Shown: piece after piece, positions 19,201 through 28,100 of the stretch
How positions within the stretch are numbered: the first letter of the stretch is position 1
How the letters are laid out: each line of letters opens with the position of its first letter
Source of the DNA: Candidatus Obscuribacteraceae bacterium
GTDB taxonomy: Bacteria > Cyanobacteriota > Vampirovibrionia > Obscuribacterales > Obscuribacteraceae
Direction: 5' to 3'
Length of the DNA stretch: 64,000 nucleotides
Assembly: GCA_044226015.1 (NCBI GenBank)
Contig: JBGAHS010000002.1
Coordinates: forward strand, 915,435-979,434
Notes under the pieces: generated by a model
The model's input: only the letters and a program-made list of their open reading frames with translations
Database searches by the model: none
What the model was told of the DNA's origin: nothing
Program-made: the position numbers and the translations under genes

Positions 19201-21075
19201 GCAGGTCAGAAAGATCTGGAAAAAGCACAAGGAGAATTGCAGGCTGAAAGAACCGCTCTTGAAGCAGCGAAATCGGCGTTGACTACCGAGAAAGAATCAG
19301 TCAGCAAACAAGCCGGAGAGATTCAACAAAGAAAAGAAACACTCGATGCAGAAAAAACTGCGCTCGACAAAGATAAAGCTAGCTTTGAAAAACAAAAAGG
19401 AGAAATAGACACTCAAAAAGGTGAAATCGCGAAACAAAGGGAGTCTCTGCAGGCAGAAGCAGAACGCCTTGCCAGCGAAAGAGAAAGACTTGATCGCGAC
19501 CATGAGACATTGAAGAAAGAACGCAGCCAATTCATGGATGCTCGATTTGGACAAGAGTCGAAAGATGTTGATCAAAGTGGGCTCGGTAAGGGCAGATGGG
19601 GTCAGCGTATCCAAGTCACAGAAGATGGACCGGGTTGGAGAGTAGTCGGAGACAAGGGCGATGCCTTCGTCATGCTCAACGAAGACACATTCTTGAAAGA
19701 TCGCCGCGCACAAACGCCTATCGCTAAGGAGGAGTTCGCGAAGAATTACGAACCAGTAAATGTCAAATTACCAGGCGAAGAGCCCGGTACAAAGTATGTT
19801 GTTGAAAAAGATGGTTCCAAAGTCTACTCAGTTGAGAATACAACTGATGGAAAAGTAAAGCTCACCAAGATTGGCGACACATCAATTGCAAATCCGAAGG
19901 GAGAAGGTTCTAGAACCTACTCTAAACTCATGGAGCAGGAAGCAAGACAAGCAGAAGGCAAAACAGAGCCAGCGCCCACTAAACCTGCACAAGTTGAAGA
20001 GAAGCCGGTAGAGAAAACCACTAGCGTTGCCGACATTCAGAAAACACTTGAGGGAAATGCAACGTTCCGCAAACTCACAGACGAACAAAGAATGACCGAT
20101 GCTCTAAAGCAGTTAACCGACCGCGCTCTTCAAAGATTGCCGCAAACAGCAGCCGAACAATCTGAGTTCCTCACCAAGCAGCTCAAATCAGCTATGCGCA
20201 AACAGCTAGGTGCATCAACCGATGCTGATTTACCTGAAGGACTACGCAGCGTACAAATCAAAGTTGTAGAAGCAGATGGCGCAGCACCGCGTGTGGTGCA
20301 GGGCGATCCATCCAATCCAGCAGTCATTGAAATTCCATCCAAGCTTCTCGCCGAGAATCCAAAGGGAGTGCTTGTGGACGCTTACACTCAAGCATCAGGA
20401 TTGAGCGTGGTCAACCTGCTGCATGAGAAAGGAAATCGTGCCGTCACAGTACGTTCAATTTCGCCTATGCTCAACCAGATTGCCACTCAAGCAGAGAAGA
20501 TTGTCGGTGCACGTTCACTCGCACTTCAATCTCAGGAAGCAGCACCTATCAATGCTGAAGCCGCCGCTTCTGATCGCAAGATTGCATTCGATCCTAAGAA
20601 ACCGCTTGTCACCGCCTGGGATGGTGAGAACCTCGCATTCGGTGGCGAACAATTCCATGTTCGCAGCGAAATCGACAAGCTAGAAAAAGAACGCGATTCT
20701 CGCGTGAAAGATCTTGAAGAGCAAACCAGAAAAGCTCGCGAACTTGCTGATACCTCCAAGAAAGAAGCTGACATTGCTGCTGCAAAAGCTCTTGAAACAC
20801 AGCTCGCCACCGAGAAACAGAACCTTCGCGTAGTGTCAGAACTCAAACTGGCAATGGAAGGCACTCGTGGAACACAGGCACAAGAACGCGCTCGCACGCT
20901 TGTAAGAGAAGCTGCAGATCGAGCCATCGCAGAACGCTTCAAATCTGGAGAAGGAGGAGGCGCAGGACTCTCTCGCGGAGCAGCCATCGCGATGGTTATC
21001 ACAACACTTGCCTTCATGTATGTTGGCACCAACGGACCAGCACAGGCTGACGAGTACAATACCAAGTTCCGCTAA
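13261..21075 (+). CDS. Giant coiled-coil protein (~2604 aa) with conserved C-terminal module and hydrophobic tail
   Basis: Heptad-pattern E/K/Q/A/L region ~14410-19540; C-terminal ~340 aa homologous to 30416..36274; start placed at ATG 13261 after GGAGAG. Confidence 0.9.
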   Translation: MPFDDNDKATKPKKTEADEYLGLIQRQQEEATRASDNLSQDAWTPPNLEAGKSSTDKSKPGDRVTTKIELSQVYPIGELDKRAQAWRDYGGLLSPFDPNSLRSRNGSTDQQQGGQPGAGGEKQPGDKKPGDQTQGPIPNPYEYEPPYKPGQDYQPPAQPEGKPAGSDAGQWIAGLTALAAGAYALSRTVKWLTREKDNVGPIVDKASVDRKAEYKDAKVVAQTKDSKEELNWKKFDGKEFETKDGKKVGIKDVDFKLQLPEGADKNAERALKAELELRLRGKGDLAEQARKLTVESDPSLKGKEEKLVYREGASGKDFEILGTRDGKLEIKDGPTDSRLVEPKAEDKIVYKTSPENEQAAKDKGKPFELLTRTLNNDTKPGASELGQLEKELKAKEQALKEEEARIKLEKDRLAKESTALGDKEKALGEKEGSLASEEQKLKEAEQKATETADKLAQKETTLSEQTRALDERRQKLESDQKALDAEKQKADADKTKIEAEETRQKQERESIDQKNRELADQARQLTDEKATLAADREALTGEKAKVNADRIALNTEKEQVAEQREALTKAREALTSQQAELQQKQDTLVKDQEQLAQDQREFQKKLDGFAKEQEALRKLQQQSEALQRDLDARKGELDKSTQKLESDRSALDKSKTEVAQEKQALEQQRDQQNADQAKIEERLRKLADQEVANKTKEEQLSSENQRLAGEREKLADQQKSLDGQKAQIAEDREVIEEARRGLDDRAKAIGQEESRLVEEKARLAQESKTLADERKVIEAEKRSNADTKTQLGEERTALEKQRGEIEAAREAIVRDRQALDAERLAFRTEAARTSAQLADEQQRLSTERQKLDGEKTELAKQKEESAATKRALEGEQAKLDERSRNLDAEQGRLAKLDSTLAEKEGKLNEQGSALQKEALALQTEREVLGQQKRELDEQSKQQKLSQAEIEKRNTEIADKDRELKTREEKLAKDNTALTEERSKLLTEKEAILADRQKLTEERQTFTTEKANLQAEQGKLADAQIRLNEKEQALAKSEEAILQRKGELDKAVAQLTADQAKLADAQKELKDSQEKVDARSKTLDTRAAAIEKSSSELAAAQETLKTEQTALERNREALETDRKQLEADKRTQGADAAKLAEREREITERKAALDASAEAQSKEAVRLAALSEQVSREQAELRISKTTLAADQEKLSAAQKVLSTDQEKLASERAQLTQDQEKNASEKATLLAEKEALGKEKETLASSKAQLESERSKLVEEKGRVASNKADLEKERARLTTEQQALDSAKAAFETETAQKSAELAGEKQALATERLTLESDRRKIEAQKTELDAQKRAQDTKETQLSEKQSGLATEAERIGKLSTEIEGRDKESKDRKAALDATAAEIQAAREKLSADQTKLTEDQAAAKKTAGELSAEQTRLSQLDESLKAKEAKLLGDRKAYEESNTKLLEDKAALLADQKKLAGDQEKLAAERTQLQTEKQQLNEERAALNANEQKLATAQEELNAKQTKLAQDLEQLKADQTKLAEAQKGLGEAQNQIGRRERQLDQRSSDLDRTAADLKAGQDALSKSQGDLQTKTEQLAADKRQLEEDRKAADADTSKLAEREKTISTREAELLAKTTANAKEAERLQAMNEKLNAQRGQIQLDKQALEQEKTKVSEAKQALDTDRQKLDAEKAALSTEKAGLEATKQSLQDQAKEIETARAEIKKTQGELATEKDALSKRAAELQQAQTQLDKDREAFEKEKATNAADLETKTKELADREKALQGEQTKLAEDNRKLETEKTSLKDQQTKLDSDRAALTGQQQELAKQQTQLGEKDSALKAQSTALETKAKEIEGNLTKLGTERQAIEDEKAQLEKDRVAVDADQKKIAERDHQLAERQTRLTEKESQLTRQGQEVQSQRQTLLADQEKLKSDQAAVAEQSAKVATDRVALNEQAQKLAAQQSDLLTRETTLKTGQEKLLADQLTLNSDKQILQAGQKDLEKAQGELQAERTALEAAKSALTTEKESVSKQAGEIQQRKETLDAEKTALDKDKASFEKQKGEIDTQKGEIAKQRESLQAEAERLASERERLDRDHETLKKERSQFMDARFGQESKDVDQSGLGKGRWGQRIQVTEDGPGWRVVGDKGDAFVMLNEDTFLKDRRAQTPIAKEEFAKNYEPVNVKLPGEEPGTKYVVEKDGSKVYSVENTTDGKVKLTKIGDTSIANPKGEGSRTYSKLMEQEARQAEGKTEPAPTKPAQVEEKPVEKTTSVADIQKTLEGNATFRKLTDEQRMTDALKQLTDRALQRLPQTAAEQSEFLTKQLKSAMRKQLGASTDADLPEGLRSVQIKVVEADGAAPRVVQGDPSNPAVIEIPSKLLAENPKGVLVDAYTQASGLSVVNLLHEKGNRAVTVRSISPMLNQIATQAEKIVGARSLALQSQEAAPINAEAAASDRKIAFDPKKPLVTAWDGENLAFGGEQFHVRSEIDKLEKERDSRVKDLEEQTRKARELADTSKKEADIAAAKALETQLATEKQNLRVVSELKLAMEGTRGTQAQERARTLVREAADRAIAERFKSGEGGGAGLSRGAAIAMVITTLAFMYVGTNGPAQADEYNTKFR

Positions 21076-21091
21076 TTTGCTATTGCGCAAA

Positions 21092-21646
21092 TCAAGTCCA
21101 GAGCTGTTTCGTCAACTCAACCATTTCTGATTCGCGTAGAGTTATCGCATAACCTTCACTCTCGAAAAGCCTGATGAGCTTGGCATTCGATTCAGCTGTG
21201 TTGTACACAATTTTTCTCACAGCAAATGTACGAAACCAGGTTTCCAATGCGTTCATGAGAGCGGTTGCTACTCCACTTCGCCTTGAATTGGAATCTACAA
21301 AAATAGTAGAAAAGAAACCATAAAAATCCCCGTTCTCATCGCGTTCTAACCTGCCTATCGCATGTCCACAAATTTCGTGTTTTGAGTCTTCGCAGACAAG
21401 AACTTTTCCGGTGGTCTGGGCTGACAAATGAAACAAGACTCTTTGCACCAGCCATTCCATGGAATACATCGACTTGCCCTTCTCGTCACCTAGCACTTCA
21501 ATCAACGTAAGTTGCATGCGTTTGGCAACGAGTTCCACTTCCTCGGTTGAGGACTGATCTAGATCGCGAATTATTCCGCCAGCAAGATCAAAGCGATGCA
21601 ATCTTTCGCTTCGACTTTTGTTTCGCTCTTCAATCATCTGATTCAC
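21092..21646 (-). CDS. GNAT family N-acetyltransferase
   Basis: IFVDSNSRRSGVATALM acetyl-CoA motif; N...IRLFESEGY. Confidence 0.88.
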   Translation of the reverse strand: MNQMIEERNKSRSERLHRFDLAGGIIRDLDQSSTEEVELVAKRMQLTLIEVLGDEKGKSMYSMEWLVQRVLFHLSAQTTGKVLVCEDSKHEICGHAIGRLERDENGDFYGFFSTIFVDSNSRRSGVATALMNALETWFRTFAVRKIVYNTAESNAKLIRLFESEGYAITLRESEMVELTKQLWT

Positions 21647-22089
21647 TCATGGTTATGGCAGTTCGAGCTGTGCAATGGAGTTACATCATATCCAAAATGA
21701 GTGAATCCAGTTGAATTCTGGACGATATGTATCTTGGCAGTTTCATATACAAACAGCCAGATTGCGCGACTCAATAGTCCGACCATCTATTTACTCTATC
21801 GCGTTCAACCATTCAATAAATAGGTATTGAATCGAGAATACAAATAAAACACCAATGCACCAGATATCCGAAGTTACGCTCGGACAAAAGTAGAATGACC
21901 ATTAAATCTTTCGATCAGTGTTTCTTGCTGAAATCAGAAGTAGATCAATCCACCCAACAAGAAATACAGGTACGGCAACTGATCTCAGTTGAAGCCGAAG
22001 GAGTTACAGTCTTCACACTAAATCTGATTCTGGGTTCAAAAATAGAGCAAGTGACATTTCATCCCTATTTTAGTGGGGAGAAACCCCAC

Positions 22090-22176
22090 TTCTACCTCCC
22101 CAATGTTCATGTATAATCTGCAAAAAAAGTTAGGACAAACGCGCCTACCTTATTTACATGCAAATTAGACTAGGAG
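22090..22176 (+). promoter_or_regulatory. Putative sigma70-type promoter and RBS of the giant exoprotein
   Basis: Perfect TATAAT 22112-22117, weak -35 TTCTAC, AGGAG 22172-22176. Confidence 0.45.
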
Positions 22177-22183
22177 AAACCTT

Positions 22184-25100
22184 ATGAAGCTCCGGAATCG
22201 TTTACTTCATGTGCCGGCCCTAGTTATGGGACCAGCACTTGCCTGGTCAAGTTTGCCGTGTTTTGCTGAGCTAAATCTGGATTTAGCTAGTAAAAACAGG
22301 ACTGTGGTTGTTGGTGCCGACCAGCTTTCAACGCCAACCACTATTCAGGCAGGTGGCAAAGCGCATGTAATCACGCCAGGGGCGATGCTCACTCCTGCTG
22401 AGTTCGTCGCATTAACACAAGTCATCAACACTGGAAAACAGGACCTCAAATTAGACGCGGCTGGAAGGGCATCTGGTGGCAGTTTCATTTTGAACAGCGT
22501 GCCAAATGTGGCTGACCTGAGTGGGCTTACGATACCATCACGAGTAACTGCTTTACATGATTTTGCGAGCACAGCTGGAACACTAAATCTGAGTGGCAAT
22601 CTCGTAAACAGTGGTAATTTCTTTGCTTTGTCCACTAACGCAGCCACGAACTCCGCTAACATTTCAGCAGCCAATATTTTCAACAATCCACACGCATTAC
22701 TTAGCACCGTGCTACCAGCCGGTGGACTCCCCTCATTTCTCAATGCTATTTCAAATTTGAATCTGAACTTGAATGCGGCTTCTAATATCATGAATGCCGG
22801 TACTATAACGAGCGCCGGAAGCCTGACCGCCACCGCCGGTGGTTCTATCATAAACGCACTCCCTACGGGCATCATAGGACTAGCTCCTGTAATGCAGGCG
22901 ACACAGAACTTAAATCTCAACACTTCGCACTTGGTCAATTCGGGCGTAATAACGTCGGCAAATGCAAACATCAATATTGTGAATCAGTCAATTTCCAATT
23001 TGTTAGTGAACAATCTGGGTGGCACCATGAAGGCTCTCTCAGGAAGCATTAATGTGGGCGACCTATTAACCACAACGAATGCCTCGTTGAGTGGAGGTAA
23101 CTGGCTCAGCAATTCGCTAAATATAAATGTAGGGAGTGAAGCAAATCTGAATATTGGACAGGTGAGCGGAATAATAAATGCTGCGGCAAACGACCTACAT
23201 ATCACCGCCAGCACTGACGCACTTCGCTTAGGAAACATATGCCTGAAGGGCGACCCAACCTTCTACAATCTAGCTGGAGATGTCCTGCTGAATGATGGTT
23301 TTGATTTGACCACAAACGGAGAAGATCTCGCAATTGTTGCCAAAGGCGATATCAAAGTTGATGATTTGGCCCTTAACCCGGTGCAAATCGACACTGACGG
23401 GGGAGACGTCTTGATGGTAGCCGGGGCAAATTTCACAGTGCCCTCTGGTGATGACATTACAATTTTCGGTACAAGTCCTGAAGGTGGAGAAATAGACCTT
23501 TCTACAGGACCAGGTTGTGACCTCTTCAACACAACACCCACGGCATCAAACTCCAATGGCGGCAATATTACGTTAGTGGCATTTGGTGGTGAATCTGGCA
23601 CATCGTCTGTTTTAGCAGGCAAAATCACTTTGCCTTTGCTTGGACTGAATGTAACTAGCGGCGGCACCGGGTCTGGTGCAAACGGCAACTTCACCGCAAT
23701 TGCTGGTGAACTATCAGCTGACTCCACTTCGATTATCATTGGTGGAGTAGATACAAGCGGTGGCACGGGTTCAGGTGGCCAAATAGGGCTGTACACCTCT
23801 ATTCCTGTATTGACAGTCGGAGGAAATCCAAGTTCTTCAATAGACATAGTGAACCACTCGCTGCTTGCAGGTCACGCAATCACAACTGATACTACAAAGA
23901 ATCTCCAGAACAACCACATAACTGCGTTCAGCCTCACGTCTACTGGTCGCCAAGGAACATCAGTTATTGCAGGTGGAAACATATTTTTTACAAACGCAAG
24001 CTATGTTCCCAACGGAAATGATGGACCACTGACTAATGTAGACGGACCACATATAGACCTCATCGGTGGAGCTAGCGGAATAGTTCATCAGTTGGGTGCA
24101 ACTCTAGCGCCTAATGCCCAGTTGAATATTCAGGCGGGCTCACAAGGGTTTATAAGTGATGGAGATATTTCTGCTGGTGATATCAAAGTAGAAAGCCAGG
24201 GAATCATTACGGTCAAAAATGTGACCAGCACCGCTGGGGCTTACACAATAAATGCAAAAGGCGAGCCGATTGAAGTTAAGTCTGCTTCGCTTCGATCCAT
24301 TGGTGCCAGTAGTGGAGACATAACAGTTCTGGGAACCATTTGTTGCAATCAAGTATTTTTGCAATCAACCTTCGGAAATGTTGGAAGTATCTCAAACAGG
24401 GTAAACATAGCCGCAAACGTGGCAGTGGATGTGGGGGTCAATAGCGGCAGCGCGTTTCTGACTGGACTTGGCGATCTGACTCTTTTCCCAACTAGTTTCG
24501 TAGGAAAGTTGAGTAGCAATACACTCGATGTTGAAACAAAAAACAATGGTGATATCGTCCTGGGTGGACTCGACTCATTTGGCGTATTTCTAACTGGCGC
24601 TGTTCCGAATATCAATTTCTTGGGTGGACAGAATTCGCTAAAACTCACTGCCGATGGAACAGGGGAAATCAGACAATCTGACTTTGTCCAAATCCACGCG
24701 GGGCAAGCAACTCTTACTTCGGGAACCGGTGACATTGGTTTTCACAACTTAGATGTTAATGGAAAAGAGACCGGACTCTGGATCTTCGCTTCTAGCATCG
24801 AAGCAAAAACGGGAGGCAACGTTTTCCTGACGCAAGCAACTGTTCCAGACGGCAAGCCTCGTGCATCAGTTCTCATCAATAACGTACCAATAGCCGATGG
24901 AAAATCATTCTTATACAGAACAGATTATTCAGCTACTCAGGTAGAACTAAGCAAGGTAAATGCCGGCAATAACTCAAGTATCACGGTAAATTCAGCTGGA
25001 AAAATTGTTGTTCTAGACAAAGTGAGTGTCGGCACCGGTTCGTCCATTGACATAGGTACGCAAAGTGACCTTGTTCTGTCAGCACCAACAGGTGTTGTAG

Positions 25101-28100
25101 AGGGCGACGTTGGCTCGAACATTACCTTAAATGCTGGAAAAAGCTTGCTTCAAGGAACGAGCGTGCTTGTTTCCGCAGGTGGTTCAATTTCGGTTACAAC
25201 AGGACAAGATATCCAGCCGACGTCAGCCACAGTTAAGCTTGGAGCGGGTTCCGTTTTTCTTGACGCCCCAGGTGATATCGGCAGTCCAAGTTCACCAATC
25301 AATACATTTACTGAAAAACTCACTGTCAATTCTTCGACAAATGCCTATATAAATTCTGAGGCATCTTTTCCAATGGAATTAGGCATTGTCAATTCAAACA
25401 ATTTCAATTTCACTACCGAAGGTGATCTCACTCTGACAAATTCAATGTCAGGTGCTGCCGCTTCCATAAGCAGTAATAGTGGTTCCATAACCGTCAACTC
25501 AAACATGAGTTTCGGTGCTCAAATTTCATTGATAGCTAACAAAGGCTCCATTACAAACAATGCAAATGGTCCAGTTATACAGATTGGTAAAACAGGCAGT
25601 CATGTATTCATCTCCACACCTCAGTTAAAAAACAATGGCATCATAGTTGGTGAAACCATCAATGTTAGCAGCCCCACAGGCATTGACTTGCATATTTCGG
25701 GTACAGGGAAATTCACGTCCAATGACACACGCCTTGCCGCGCCAGGTGATCTTGATGATACCAACACCATTACATTTGACAATCTTTCGAACCAGCACTT
25801 TTTCGGGCCAACAACCTTCATTGCCAATGGCGATTTACAGCCAAACATTTTGATTGACAATGCGGTCGTGGTAGTAGATTCTCCTCTCTCACTATTGGCA
25901 CACGGTTATACAAAGAATTTTGGAAGCTTAAGTGCCGATCCTATCAGGCTAATTACACCAAACGGGGCTGGGATAATTTCCGTAGGGCAAGGCGATGTTG
26001 TTCTTCAAAGCAATCTCATTTTTGAGGGAAAAAATCTCACAATCATATCTCCCGGAAATATTTTCGCTACCGCTGCAGTAACAAAAATAGAACTAAAGAG
26101 CAAAGACGGAACCGCAGGAAACCTTACCTTGATTGCTGGTTTTGATTTTACGAAGAGCCCAGCGGGAAGCCCCTTTGATCAAAGACTCACATTGAATTCG
26201 ATCAACACAGTGACTGGACCCTCTAGCCACGGGGGCTCCATTGTATTGCCCAAGGTAGCGATCGATACGTCAACCCAAGGTACCGGGTTTATCTCCGCAA
26301 TAGGTGGAAATGTAGTTGCAGTTGCACACAAAGGAAGTGAAAACATAGGCGCCATTTTACTCAAGTCTGTTACAGCAACAGGTGGCGCGCAAGGCAGGGG
26401 CGGAAACGTAACGTTGATTGGCCAAGGCGGAGTTAAAGCCACTGGACTCATTGATACCAGCGGTAGTACTGGTGGAAACGTCACAGTTGCTGGCGCAGAA
26501 CCCATCATTGTAGGTGGACCAATTGTCTTTCAAAATGGTTACTTACGCTCAGCTGGAGTGTTTGTCGCATTGCCAGTTGACGAAAAAAATGGTGCCAGCG
26601 TTATTATTGGAAGCACTAAAACAAGTGGGTCATTCAAGTTCGGCGGTGATGTTAACATCAGATCCGATTCGCAAGTCAGCGTCGGAAACATAACGGCAAC
26701 AGGAGCGGGCAAAGCCTTAGACGGAATCTCTGGTGGGTCCGTAACAATTTCTTCGCTGGCAAACCAGGTTAACGCAGCAAACATCGACGTTAGTGGCATG
26801 CCTTATGCTACATTTCCCACAGCTCCTGTTGTCTCTACTCATGCAGGGAGCATTGTAATAACGGCCTATTCTGGAATAAGCGTCGGAAACTTGATCGCTC
26901 ATGGAGGAGCCCGCCCAGGTAAGGGAAGCGGCGGAAATGGCGGCCAAGTATTTGCCTCAACCGCAAGCGATAACATCAAAGGTTATTTTACAGGATCGAT
27001 ATTAGTTGATGGATATATTGACACCAGAGGTGGTGACGGCAATCTGAAAGTAGATGACGGTTCATCAGGCGGAGCTGGTGGTTCTGTCTTCTTAAATGGT
27101 GGCACGGTTCAGGTGCTCAAGGCTCTTTCAAATGTCAGCATTAACGTGGCCGGCGGAACAGCCAAGAATTCAGCTAATGGAGGCAGCGGCGGCACAGTTC
27201 AAATCAACACATACGGCGTTCAGCCATTTCCCCGGAACTTTGATTTAATAAGCAGTATAGCTTCTGAAGCAGTTTTGCCGGGTGGACTATTCACAGTTGG
27301 CGCTCCAAAGGTCGGCACAGCTCTGGTAAATGCAGGCAAGCCTCCAATAAATGGTACCGTCGGATGGATAAACTCTGGGTCAATCACGCAGGCTTTGAAA
27401 GTTTCTAGCTTGACTGATACAAACCCAGCTGGTGACGAGTACAACCAGCTGGGAGTTAGTATCAACATCACAGGCGGCAGCGAAACCTATAAAGTGATTG
27501 TGAATGAATCTACGACCCCCGCTCTTCAATTCCGTTCCGGGACGGCAACGGTTTCGGGCTTGCGCCAATTCGTCACCCCTGCAGCTGCGGTAGCCCTCTA
27601 TCAAGTATCAAGAGGTCTAGATCAGCAGATAGGAGTCCTCGGAAGCAATGGAGTTGGTGTAGGGCGAAATCCACAATTCTCCACCACGACTCCTGGATTC
27701 TCACCGGCAATCATTCAAGTAGATGAAAGGGATATTCGAGGTCGATTTACGAACTTCAATCTCAGCGTTCTCAATACAACAAATTCAGCGTTAGCTGGAG
27801 ACGCTGAACTAAATGTCAGCGGTCTTTTACCGGTGATTGATCTCTCGCTGACAAAACAGAAATCGATAAACGGACGCGTCATGTTTGAGACACCAGATGC
27901 GGTGTCTATGATCTTCGGCGCCAAGTCGCTCGGTTCCCCATTGGGTAGCATTACGACAGCTCCCACTGGAACACTGGTGATTGGAACCACTGAGGCAAAG
28001 ATACTGAATCTAGGAAAGATCGGGGCAGGTAAAATTGCTTTTCTTGGTACTGGAAGCTCATTGATGATCGACAACGGACTCTACAGCCCTTCGCCGGCTA

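Noticed and set aside
13261..21075. Phage tape-measure or SMC protein
   Set aside because: No phage genes nearby; no Walker A/B or hinge motifs.
21092..21646. GNAT as toxin or immunity partner of the giant protein
   Set aside because: It is convergent rather than co-transcribed, and no adjacent antitoxin is present.
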